From assembly GCA_963662545.2 (NCBI GenBank), contig CAXXLL010000002.1, forward strand, positions 352,001 to 416,000: 64,000 nucleotides of DNA. Reading direction: 5' to 3'. The notes beneath the pieces were generated by a model that saw only the letters and a program-made list of their open reading frames with translations, was not told the origin of the DNA and did not search any database. A program made the translations under genes and the position numbers. This DNA is from Gammaproteobacteria bacterium. GTDB taxonomy: Bacteria; Pseudomonadota; Gammaproteobacteria; Ga0077536. Positions 1 through 9,189 of this stretch are shown here, piece by piece (within the stretch, counting starts at the first letter, position 1; each line of letters opens with the position of its first letter).

Positions 1-393
1 GTCGGACCGATGGGCGCCCTGGCGATCGGCATTGCCGCGGGTTACGGTTGCTATCTGGCCGTTGTGAAGGTCAAGCGTACATTCGGTTATGACGACTCCC
101 TCGATGTCTTCGGGGTACATGCCGTAGGCGGTATTATCGGGGCCATGCTGACCGGTGTGTTTGTCGACACGGGCCTTGGCGGCAGCGGCCTAGGGGACGG
201 GATTACGATGCTTGCGCAGGTCGGCAAACAGTTCGTCGGTGTCGTGGTTACGATCGTCTACTGCGGATTCGTCAGTTTTATCGTTCTCAAGGGACTCGAA
301 GCGACTATCGGCCTGCGTGTCATGGATGAAGAAGAAGAAATCGGGCTCGATCTGATCTTGCACGACGAACAGGGTTACAACATAGGGCTATAA
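1..393 (+). CDS. amt: Ammonium transporter (Amt family), 3' part; truncated by window edge
   Basis: Frame open from base 1; YDDSLDVFGVHAVGG and GLRV...EEIGLD..HDEQGY are Amt C-terminal motifs. Confidence 0.93.
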   Translation, partial: VGPMGALAIGIAAGYGCYLAVVKVKRTFGYDDSLDVFGVHAVGGIIGAMLTGVFVDTGLGGSGLGDGITMLAQVGKQFVGVVVTIVYCGFVSFIVLKGLEATIGLRVMDEEEEIGLDLILHDEQGYNIGL

Positions 394-718
394 AACAGGG
401 TCGTACTGATCGCAGGGTGCGCGGGCCGTGTGGGTTCGTGCGCAACGATGGTCGGCATCAGGGTCCCCGGAGCGGATTAATTCGCGGCCGTCGACCTTGG
501 CGAATGCCGCCTAGATGCCCGGGCCGCATTCGTCAACACCTGAACGTTTTCCACCACCGTCACGTGTGCTTACTTGAGGCGCTCAACGCGCCCCACCTTT
601 TGAGTCCGGTCGACTGCGGAGGGGCCTAGGCAGTCCCGCAACCCGGCCGTTTCTGGCTCGGTTCGAAACAGGCGGCATTCCACGCCGAAATACGAGAGAA
701 TTGCACCGACGCTGGGCT

Positions 719-946
719 CTAGGAGCCTGTAGGGCATAGGATAAATCTACTGCGGCGGTGGGGAATCGGTCTAGTTTTCCGATCATTTTGTCGAGCGCAT
801 TCAAGCGCTTCACCCTTTCAGGGCTTACGCGAAAATTCGTTCCCGACGAATTTATCGTTGAATAGTTAACGCTATTCGGCTCAAATGATCGAAAAGCTCA
901 CCCCCACCTGCCTCACTACGATTCGCTATGCCCGACGGACTCCTAG
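719..946 (-). mobile_element. MITE-like element family C, 220-bp copy carrying a nested family-E hairpin repeat
   Basis: CTAG at 719-722 and 943-946; TIRs gagcctgtagggcatag / ctatgcccgacggactc; both ends align with the copy at 59320-59479. Confidence 0.75.
791..856 (+). repeat. Family-E double-hairpin repeat nested in MITE C
   Basis: gagcgc-attca-agcgctt-caccctttcagggc...aaattcgt-tcccg-acgaattt; same layout as 33493-33568 and 28690-28727 (reverse). Confidence 0.55.
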
Positions 947-965
947 CCCCAACGCGTGCCGGTAA

Positions 966-1370
<405 letters not shown>

Positions 1371-1439
1371 TAAACGAGCGGGCCTGCTCCGGGGGCCCAA
1401 TGAAGATGCGGAACGAATAAGAGAAGGGGGGGAGCGATC

Positions 1440-2717
1440 ATGTCGCGATTTATGCTTTTATCGGCAATGCTGATTTTTCCGGCTGTTGCATCGGCCGATT
1501 CACTGGATACTGGAGATACCGCCTGGCTTCTGACGTCCACGGCGCTGGTGTTGCTCATGACCTTGCCGGGGCTCGCGCTGTTCTACGCGGGCCTCGTGCG
1601 GAGCAAGAACGCGCTTTCGATGTTAATGCAATGCTTTGCCCTGGCATGTCTTATGTCTCTTCTGTGGGTGGTGGCGGGTTACGGCATTGCTTTCGGGGAC
1701 GGCGCCGGACTCAATAAGTTCATCGGCACGGGCAATCTCTTGCTGACCGATGTCACGCGTGATTCGATGAGCGGAACAATCCCCGAATCCGTCTTCGTGA
1801 TGTTCCAGATGACGTTCGCGATCATCACCCCCGCGCTGATCTTGGGTGGGTTTGCCGAACGCATGAAGTTTTCGGCCGCCATTTTGTTCAGCGCGTTCTG
1901 GCTGCTCGCCGTCTATGCACCTGTGTGCCATTGGGTATGGGGCGGCGGCTGGCTTGCTGACATGGGCCTGCTGGATTTCGCGGGCGGGACGGTCGTCCAT
2001 ATCAACGCCGGCGTCGCCGCCATCGTCGCGGCATTGGTTTTGGGGAATCGGCGGGGTTTCCCCGAAACTGCGATGCCGCCGCACAATCTAACTTTAACCG
2101 TCGCCGGCGCCTCGATGCTGTGGGTCGGTTGGTTCGGCTTCAACGCCGGCAGCGCGATCGCGGCCAATGGCGATGCGGGCATGGCAATGCTGGTGACTCA
2201 CATTTCGGCCGCCGCGGCATCGCTGGCCTGGATGTCGGTCGAATGGATCAGGCACGGCAAGCCGAGCGTACTCGGGATCGTAACAGGCATGGTTGCAGGA
2301 CTCGGGACGATTACGCCGGCCTCCGGATACGTGGGCCCGGTCGGCGCGCTGTTCATCGGGATTTCGGCGGGCGTGGTCTGTTATTTCGCCACACAAACCA
2401 TCAAGCGGACGTTTCGCTTGGATGACTCTCTCGACGTTTTTCCCGTGCATGGAGTCGGCGGCATACTCGGCACGACACTTACGGGTGTATTCGTGGCGGA
2501 ACGCTTTGGCGGTGCCGGTTTGGCCGAGGGTACGACCATGATGGCGCAGGTGACAACCCAGGTGATCGGAGTCGTTGCGACGGTGGCCTGGTGCGGGGTA
2601 GTGACTTTCATACTGCTCAAAATCGTCGATGCGCTGGTCGGATTGCGTGTTTCCTCGGAAATAGAAACCAACGGCCTTGATCTCAGCGAGCACGACGAAC
2701 GCGGATACAATTTGTAA
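1440..2717 (+). CDS. amtB: Ammonium transporter AmtB
   Basis: GDTAW, FQMTFAIIT, DFAGGTVVHINAG, GWFGFNAGS, DDSLDVFPVHGVGG. Confidence 0.96.
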   Translation: MSRFMLLSAMLIFPAVASADSLDTGDTAWLLTSTALVLLMTLPGLALFYAGLVRSKNALSMLMQCFALACLMSLLWVVAGYGIAFGDGAGLNKFIGTGNLLLTDVTRDSMSGTIPESVFVMFQMTFAIITPALILGGFAERMKFSAAILFSAFWLLAVYAPVCHWVWGGGWLADMGLLDFAGGTVVHINAGVAAIVAALVLGNRRGFPETAMPPHNLTLTVAGASMLWVGWFGFNAGSAIAANGDAGMAMLVTHISAAAASLAWMSVEWIRHGKPSVLGIVTGMVAGLGTITPASGYVGPVGALFIGISAGVVCYFATQTIKRTFRLDDSLDVFPVHGVGGILGTTLTGVFVAERFGGAGLAEGTTMMAQVTTQVIGVVATVAWCGVVTFILLKIVDALVGLRVSSEIETNGLDLSEHDERGYNL

Positions 2718-2959
2718 TCCGGCGTGATTACGGGCGATCTTTCAGGCCGATGAAGAACCCGGGATTTCGTGGACGTATAAAAAACCGTTCCCAAGTTCGG
2801 GGTGAATGAATACAATAAGCGGTTGAAATCGTAGCTCGAAGCGACACCGACGCGGCGGCGCTCAGGCCGACCGCGCCGGCTATGCACCGCCCGGGGAGCG
2901 CTGGTTCGAACCGCCTTGGAGCCTATCGGTATAGCCATCCACCGTAGTAGCGAACGGAT

Positions 2960-4033
2960 ATGTCAGACGGACAACTCGTAGATAAAAAAATCCTGAAAAC
3001 CCTGGTGCCGCCGAACGCACTTAACGCGGAGAATTTCCAGGAACTCGCGGGGAAGGCCTTCATCGAGGAATTCGGGCCCGGGAAGACGATATTCAAGGTT
3101 GGCGAGGTAGACCGCAAGACGACTTATCTTCTTGAAGGCGAAATTGTTTTGACGGATGGCGATGGAAAATCGACATCCATCCGCGGCGGTACTGACGCCG
3201 CCAAACACCCACTGGCGAACAACCAGCCGCGCAAACAGTCGGCGAAGACCAAGGGCGCTTGCAAGATCACGCGGTTCGACAGCGACCTCCTGGATATCCT
3301 CTTGACCTGGGACCAGCTCTCCGGCATCGAAGTCGCCGAGATTTCGGTCGACGAAAACGGCGAAGACGCAAGCGATAGCGGTGATTGGATGACGCGCATC
3401 CTCCAATCTCAGGCATTCTTGCAAGTGCCTCCGGCGAATATCCAGGCGATGTTCATGCGCATGCAGGAAGTGCCCAAGAGCGCGGGTGAGGCCGTCATCA
3501 AGCAGGGCGAAGATGGCGATTACTACTACATCATCAAGCACGGCAAGGCCAAGGTTACGCGCGCCTCGAAGACCGGCGCTGAATTGACGCTGGCAACGCT
3601 CAAGGACGGTGATGCCTTCGGTGAAGAAGCACTTCTGTCCGAGGCCAAGCGCAATGCGACCATTACCATGGAGACCGAGGGCATGTTGATGCGTCTCTCC
3701 AAGGAGGACTTCAATGCCCTGCTAAAGGAGCCGATGCTCAGCTGGTTGACGCTTACCGAGGCCATGGAGCGGGTGGTCGCCGGTGCGAAGCTGCTCGACG
3801 TTCGACTCGAGAGCGAGCATTCGAATTCGGGCCTCGAGGGCGCCATGAACATTCCCCTGTTCATGCTGCGGCTCAAGGCCGATAGCCTGGACCCGAACAC
3901 ACCCTATATCGTTTATTGCGATACCGGCCGGCGCAGTTCGGCGGCGGCCTTTTTGTTGAGCGAGCGCGGATTTGAAACCTACGTGCTCCAGGGGGGCTTG
4001 ATGGAGCAGGCAGAAAACGCGCCTGCGGCCTGA
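2960..4033 (+). CDS. Tandem cyclic-nucleotide-binding domain protein with C-terminal rhodanese domain
   Basis: cNMP motifs (IKQGEDGDYYYII, FGEEALL..KRNATI); rhodanese LLDVR and YCDTGRRS. Confidence 0.85.
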   Translation: MSDGQLVDKKILKTLVPPNALNAENFQELAGKAFIEEFGPGKTIFKVGEVDRKTTYLLEGEIVLTDGDGKSTSIRGGTDAAKHPLANNQPRKQSAKTKGACKITRFDSDLLDILLTWDQLSGIEVAEISVDENGEDASDSGDWMTRILQSQAFLQVPPANIQAMFMRMQEVPKSAGEAVIKQGEDGDYYYIIKHGKAKVTRASKTGAELTLATLKDGDAFGEEALLSEAKRNATITMETEGMLMRLSKEDFNALLKEPMLSWLTLTEAMERVVAGAKLLDVRLESEHSNSGLEGAMNIPLFMLRLKADSLDPNTPYIVYCDTGRRSSAAAFLLSERGFETYVLQGGLMEQAENAPAA

Positions 4034-4065
4034 GAATAATCAGCCCCGCTGCTAGTGCTAGTGCT

Positions 4066-4233
4066 CCAACAACCAGTCGAACACAGTAAGTATTGACTTG
4101 GGCGCTGACACAGCGGCCCAGACGCGCCATGGTCTTCGTTAAATAGACCCACTATTCTCCGCAAACCATGACACCCGTTCTCTCGCTCTCTCACGTGTCT
4201 CGCTACGAATCCCTAAATCAGACAGGCTGCTAG
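4066..4233 (-). mobile_element. MITE-like element family C (160 bp, 4070-4229)
   Basis: Reverse complement aligns without gaps to 59320-59479; one end flanked by CTAG (4230-4233), the other end degenerate. Confidence 0.8.
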
Positions 4234-4494
4234 CCCGCATATTGCATGAAGGCGGCCGGGGCGCTCCGAGAAGTTATTGAGCGAACAGGAATAACTAGGC
4301 CATTCGACGATGTTCAAGCAAGTCGCAATCTGTACAGCCGCTTGTGGCCTACGACGGCGCCCGCTGGTCCATGCACGCCTGGACTCAGGTCAAGCCCTCG
4401 CCATAGCTACAGCTCAGACTCGAGCTCCAGACCGGCGTCCAGACGCTCCTGTCCTGCGCCGGCACCGCCGTTCTTCATGCAATATGCGGGCTAG
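4230..4494. mobile_element. MITE-like element family D (257 bp, 4234-4490)
   Basis: Perfect TIRs cccgcatattgcatgaa / ttcatgcaatatgcggg with CTAG on both sides; no transposase. Confidence 0.8.
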
Positions 4495-4516
4495 CCTGCG
4501 TCGGTTTTAATCCGCA

Positions 4517-5374
4517 GTGTCCCGATGGTTCTCAAGCCGCGAATCTGACGCCGACTATTTCTGCGTGATCGGGAGCCCGATCGAACACAGTAAATCGCCG
4601 TTGATCCACGCGGCTTTTGCCGCCCAGACAGGCCGCGAACTGGTTTACGACCGGGTGGAGGTTTTACCCGGCCAGCTAGCAGCCGCCGTCACCGAATTTC
4701 GTGGCGTCGGCGGGCGGGGCATGAACGTAACGGTGCCACTGAAGCAAGAGGCCTTTGCGCTAACTGAGCGGCGAATGGAACGGGCGGAGGAGGCGGGCGC
4801 CGCAAATACGCTCTGGTTCGACGAAAATGGCGCTGTCGTCGCCGACAACACCGACGGCAGCGGGCTCATGCGCGATCTCGAATTCAATCAAGGCATTGCG
4901 CTCGTAGGAAAGCGACTATTACTGATCGGCGCGGGGGGCGCTGCCCGCGCGGTCGTGCCGGCCCTGGCCGCCGCTGCGCCTGCGGCACTTGTCATCACGA
5001 ATCGAACGGAACACAAGGCGACGGCGATTGCCAAGGCGTTCGCACACCGCGCGACGATCGAAACCTTGCCCTGGGGGGCCGATTTAGCCGAGCCCTTCGA
5101 CATCGTCGTCAATGCGACTTCTCTCAGTCTCCAGGGTGAACTGCCTGCGATCTCTAAACGCTGCGTGCATTCCGGAACAGTGTGCTACGACATGATGTAT
5201 GCGAACGAACCGACGGTGTTCGAGACTTGGGCGCGGGCCGCGGGAGTCGCGCACGCATTCGATGGGCTCGGCATGCTGGTCGAGCAGGCAGCCGAGGCTT
5301 TTCTTGCCTGGTATGGCGTCAGGCCTGAAACCGCGGCAGTGATCGCTCAAATTCGGGCATCGCTGGCAGCTTAG
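4517..5374 (+). CDS. aroE: Shikimate dehydrogenase
   Basis: GSPIEHSKSPLIH, NVTVPLK, AANT, DNTDG, GAGGAA, DGLGMLVEQAAEAF. Confidence 0.95.
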   Translation: MSRWFSSRESDADYFCVIGSPIEHSKSPLIHAAFAAQTGRELVYDRVEVLPGQLAAAVTEFRGVGGRGMNVTVPLKQEAFALTERRMERAEEAGAANTLWFDENGAVVADNTDGSGLMRDLEFNQGIALVGKRLLLIGAGGAARAVVPALAAAAPAALVITNRTEHKATAIAKAFAHRATIETLPWGADLAEPFDIVVNATSLSLQGELPAISKRCVHSGTVCYDMMYANEPTVFETWARAAGVAHAFDGLGMLVEQAAEAFLAWYGVRPETAAVIAQIRASLAA

Positions 5375-5426
5375 TGAAAAACCCAGCGCGGCGGTGACTT
5401 TTCGAAACGCTAGGGCGAAACTGATC

Positions 5427-5596
5427 TTAGGGAACCTCTGAAGGGTTCATGGTGGGTCTGAATGGTTCATGCAATGGTGCAGGTCAAGGCACGAATCGCA
5501 GGCCATAACGGGGATTAGGGCTAAGGTTCGTCGGTTAAGGCTCCGCGATTTCATGGGCAAGGCAGATGGGCCATGACTTATTCAACGGTTCCTTAG
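5427..5596 (-). mobile_element. MITE-like element family A, subtype A1 (162 bp, 5431-5592)
   Basis: TTAG both sides; ends ggaacctctgaa / ttcaacggttcc; reverse complement of the 7452-7613 type. Confidence 0.85.
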
Positions 5597-5598
5597 GT

Positions 5599-6915
5599 TC
5601 AAGGCAGGCCGTGCCACCGGTCCATGATGTCCGGCAGCCACGAAGCAAGATCTGGGAAGGCCACAATCGCTGCAACGGTCACGACCTGGATCCCGACGAA
5701 AGGCATGATCCCCCGGTAAATATCGGTAATGCGTACGCTTTCCGGGGCGACCGCTTTCAGATAGAAAAGTGAAAATCCAAAGGGCGGGGTTAGAAATGAC
5801 GTTTGCAGATTTACCGCGATCAACAAGGCGAACCAGAGTAGATCCACCCCCATACTACGCGCGATCGGTTCAAGAATCGGTACGACGATGAAACAGATCT
5901 CGACGAAATCTAGAAAGAATCCGAGCACGAAGATCAACACCATGCTCAGCAGTACGAACGTGAAAGTCCCGCCGGGTAAACCGACAAAAAAAGACCCGAC
6001 AAGACCGTCGCCGCCGAGACCCTTGAATACGAGACCGAAAGCGGTTGCACCAACCAGTATCAAAAAAACCATGCTCGTCAATTTCATGGTTTGTAAAGCC
6101 GCCTGATACAGATTGTGGCGATCGAGGCGGCGGTGTGCCGCGGCGAGCAACATGGCTCCGGCCCCACCGATCGCGGCTGACTCCGTTGGCGAGGCGATCC
6201 CGAAAAAGATCGACCCGAGTACCGCCACGATCAAGGCGAACGGCGGGATCAGGGATTTCAATACGCGCCCGAGCAGCCCGCTCTCGCCAACGGTGCCGAC
6301 GGGAGGCGCCGTGTGGGGCGAGGACCAGGCCCGCCAGGCGATGTAGATTAAATAAAGCAGGATCAAGACCATCCCGGGGATGACCGCAGCCATGAACAGG
6401 CGCCCGATTGGAACCCCCATCACGTCCGCGAGCAGGATCAATACGATGCTCGGTGGAATCACCTGACCGAGCGTTCCGGACGCGGCGATCGTACCGGCGG
6501 CGAGCGAGGTGTCGTAATGGTGCTTGAGCATCGCCGGTAGGGCGATCACGCCCATGGTCACGACCGTGGCGCCGACCACGCCAGTCGTCGCGGCGAGCAA
6601 GGCCCCAACGATGACGACTGCGAATGCAAGGCCGCCGCGCAGTCTTCCGCAGAGCATGGCCATGGTTTCGAGCAGTTCCTCGGCCAGTCCAGATTTTTCG
6701 AGCACGACACCCATGAAGATAAACAAGGGCACCGCGAGCAAGGTGAAATTGGTCATGATGCCCCAGATGCGTAGCGGGAGGAGGTCGAAGAATTCGAGCC
6801 CCAGCGCCGCGCCGCCAAACAGCATGGCTACCGCCCCGAGGGTGAACGCGACGGGGTAGCCCATCAGCAGCGCACCGATTACGGCTACAAACATCACGAT
6901 GGCCCATATTTCCAC
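5599..6915 (-). CDS. dctM: TRAP transporter large permease subunit
   Basis: GYPVAFTL, LLAVPLFIFMG, ASGTLGQVIPPSI, NLQTSFLTPPFGFSLFYLK. Confidence 0.92.
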   Translation of the reverse strand: MEIWAIVMFVAVIGALLMGYPVAFTLGAVAMLFGGAALGLEFFDLLPLRIWGIMTNFTLLAVPLFIFMGVVLEKSGLAEELLETMAMLCGRLRGGLAFAVVIVGALLAATTGVVGATVVTMGVIALPAMLKHHYDTSLAAGTIAASGTLGQVIPPSIVLILLADVMGVPIGRLFMAAVIPGMVLILLYLIYIAWRAWSSPHTAPPVGTVGESGLLGRVLKSLIPPFALIVAVLGSIFFGIASPTESAAIGGAGAMLLAAAHRRLDRHNLYQAALQTMKLTSMVFLILVGATAFGLVFKGLGGDGLVGSFFVGLPGGTFTFVLLSMVLIFVLGFFLDFVEICFIVVPILEPIARSMGVDLLWFALLIAVNLQTSFLTPPFGFSLFYLKAVAPESVRITDIYRGIMPFVGIQVVTVAAIVAFPDLASWLPDIMDRWHGLP

Positions 6916-6918
6916 GGG

Positions 6919-7428
6919 TCAGTCGCCCGCTTTCGGGTTCGCGATCAAGCGGCACAGATCGGCAAGACCTTGCAGGAAGAGTAAAGAGAAACCCACCGGG
7001 ATGAAGGCTTTGACGGCCCAGCGCTGGGTCAGACCGCCGGGATCCGGCGATATCTCGCCGTGGGCCCAGGCGTCGTATACAAACGGAATGGAAGCCCACA
7101 CCACCAGGGCGCAGAAAGGCATGAGGAACAGTACGATTCCGGTTATATCGATGGCGCGGCGCAGTTCATCGCTTACACGCCTGCTGCGGTATAAAACGTC
7201 GACCCGCACATGTCCGTCATATTTCAGGGTATAGGCGGCGCCCAGTAGAAATATTGCTGAAAACAGGTGCCATTCGAGCTCCTGTAGAGCGACCGACCCT
7301 TGCCTGAACACATAGCGCATAGCGACGTCGTATACGGTGACGCCGACCAGCACGACCACTAAACCGGTCGTTAAGCGGCCGGCGTATTCCGTGATCCCGC
7401 CGAGGATGGAAATGAATCTTGAAACCAT
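6919..7428 (-). CDS. dctQ: TRAP transporter small permease subunit
   Basis: YDVAMRY, QELEWHLF, GHVRVD; start moved to ATG 7428 because the longer ORF begins inside a MITE. Confidence 0.9.
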   Translation of the reverse strand: MVSRFISILGGITEYAGRLTTGLVVVLVGVTVYDVAMRYVFRQGSVALQELEWHLFSAIFLLGAAYTLKYDGHVRVDVLYRSRRVSDELRRAIDITGIVLFLMPFCALVVWASIPFVYDAWAHGEISPDPGGLTQRWAVKAFIPVGFSLLFLQGLADLCRLIANPKAGD

Positions 7429-7447
7429 GCGATGACGGCCAATACCT

Positions 7448-7617
7448 TTAGGGAACCTCTGCATAAATCATGGCCCATCTGCCTTGCCCATGAAATGGCG
7501 GAGCCTTACGTTACGAACCTTAGCCATAGTCCCCGTTATGGCCGGCGATTCGTGCCTTGATCTGCACCATTGCATGAACGATTCAGACGCACCATGACGT
7601 ATTCAGAGGTTCCTTAG
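7448..7617 (+). mobile_element. MITE-like element family A, subtype A1 (162 bp, 7452-7613)
   Basis: TTAG-ggaacctctgcata...tattcagaggttcc-TTAG. Confidence 0.88.
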
Positions 7618-7727
7618 CGTGGGGCTCTCAACAGGATGCGGATTTTTGGGACAAGCTGCGAAGTCAGGGCGAATTTTTCTCAAAAAACCAGGGGTTTACG
7701 CCTGAAAAGGCGCTATTCGCGGGCGCT

Positions 7728-7944
7728 TTATGCACATGTAAATCGGCGCTGGTCACAGACATCGGCAGTTAGCGTTGGTTTCCCCCATTCCAGTCCCAAT
7801 AACTCGTGTAACTGCTTGTTATCCAGCAGCAATCATAGAGCTGGTTATTTCTTGGCCGATCTAACGCGCACGTTGGCAAAGGTGCCGAATTTCGTCTCTG
7901 GCACACCTTTGCTCCACAAGCTTATCCACAGACACTGTGAGTAA
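7728..7944. promoter_or_regulatory. Cluster of DnaA-box-like 9-mers
   Basis: TTATGCACA 7728-7736, TTATCCACA 7922-7930, inverted TGTGAGTAA 7936-7944 (1 mismatch to TTWTNCACA). Confidence 0.4.
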
Positions 7945-8020
7945 TGCGGGCCGACCTGCGGCGCGACTTGATATCAGCCAGTTGCCGTGTCTGGTTGAGC
8001 CCCTGTATTCGATTCACCGG

Positions 8021-8189
8021 CTGAGGAACTCTGCATAAGTTATGGCACACCTGCGTTACTCCTGAAATCGCGGAGCCTTACGTTACGAATCTTAGCCCTA
8101 GTCCCCGCTCAGGTCTGCGATTCGTGCCTTGATCGGCACGATTTCATGCACCATTCACCCGCACCATAACTTTTTCAGAGGTTCCCTAA
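8021..8189 (+). mobile_element. MITE-like element family A, subtype A2 (161 bp, 8025-8185)
   Basis: ctga-ggaactctgcataag...ttcagaggttcc-ctaa; right flank overlaps the rsmA stop codon. Confidence 0.85.
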
Positions 8190-8983
8190 GCGCCGTGCGG
8201 TTTTCGCTGGTAGATGATCTGGGCGAGGCAGACGAAATTTTCGACCGATAGCTTTTCCGCACGTGAGCCCGGGTCGATCCCGCACCGTGCGAAGTCCGGG
8301 GCGCTGACATGCCCGGCGAGCGTATTGGCCAGGGTCTTGCGCCGGGCGGAAAACGCCGTGCGTAGGAGTTCAGCCAGGCACCGGTCGAATTCTGCATCGC
8401 CGGGGTCTTCACGGGGCCGAATCTCTATGACGGCAGAGTCTACCCTGGGCGGCGGCTGAAAGCTTTCGGGACCGATGTCCAGGTGCCGGATCACGTCGCA
8501 GCGGTGCTGGATGATGACACTGAGGCGACCATAAGCCTTGGTTCCGGGTTCTGCGCAGAGTCGCTCGGCGACTTCTTTTTGCAGCATCAGGATCATGCAG
8601 CTGAACAAGTCGGCGTGCTCGAGCAAGCGCGTGATCAGCGGTGTCGAAATATTGTAGGGGAGGTTACCGCAGACCTTCCAGGCGCGCGCTCGTCCACCGA
8701 GCTGTTTGAAGTCGAATCGGAGGATGTCGCCGGTATGCAGGGTGAAGCCGGTTGCGCCTGCAAATCGTTCTTCGAGCCGTGCCGCGAGCTGCCGGTCGAT
8801 TTCGACAGCCAGTAGCTCCGCCCCCGAGGCGAGCAGGTGCTCGGTCAGCACACCGCCGCCCGGCCCGATTTCGAGTACGCGATCAGTCGAGGTCGGGGAG
8901 ACGAGATTGACGATTTCGTCGATGACGAAAGAATCCACGAGGAAATGTTGGCCAAACCGCTTGCGCGTAATGTGGGCTTTCAT
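8186..8983 (-). CDS. rsmA: 16S rRNA adenine dimethyltransferase
   Basis: RKRFGQHFL, LEIGPGGG, GNLPYNISTP, MLQKEVAERL, FSARRKTL. Confidence 0.96.
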   Translation of the reverse strand: MKAHITRKRFGQHFLVDSFVIDEIVNLVSPTSTDRVLEIGPGGGVLTEHLLASGAELLAVEIDRQLAARLEERFAGATGFTLHTGDILRFDFKQLGGRARAWKVCGNLPYNISTPLITRLLEHADLFSCMILMLQKEVAERLCAEPGTKAYGRLSVIIQHRCDVIRHLDIGPESFQPPPRVDSAVIEIRPREDPGDAEFDRCLAELLRTAFSARRKTLANTLAGHVSAPDFARCGIDPGSRAEKLSVENFVCLAQIIYQRKPHGA

Positions 8984-9026
8984 AGGTCAGTTCTTAAGCC
9001 CCCAGTTCCCAAATACGGTCGCAATG

Positions 9027-9118
9027 AACCATAGAGATCACAGAGGACACAGAGCAAAGAGAAAAAAGACCGTTTACAGGTCACAAATATATTGGTTTTC
9101 TTTGTGGTCTCTGTGGTT
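9027..9118. repeat. Inverted repeat built of 9-bp CACAGAG units around an AT-rich spacer
   Basis: aaccatagagatcacagaggacacagag ... ctttgtggtctctgtggtt. Confidence 0.7.
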
Positions 9119-9189
9119 TTATTTTACTGTGCCGTTCTAAACCGTCTGCGGATCAGTGCGAGCTCTGAGATTCCATCTATGTGTGGGCT

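Noticed and set aside
2895-2915. GGTTCGA T-loop-like motifs here and near 16609
   Set aside because: No cloverleaf, acceptor stem or anticodon arm could be built
4246-4494. 82-aa ORF ending FMQYAG
   Set aside because: Lies wholly within MITE D and its C-terminus is the translated TIR; no DDE motif
5870-7099. Long alternative-frame and antisense ORFs (409 aa here; also 9181-10116, 61103-62200)
   Set aside because: Shadow ORFs expected in GC-rich coding DNA, overlapping well-supported genes
7898-7912. TGGCAC...TTGC sigma-54-like motif
   Set aside because: GG to GC spacing is 9 rather than the required 10
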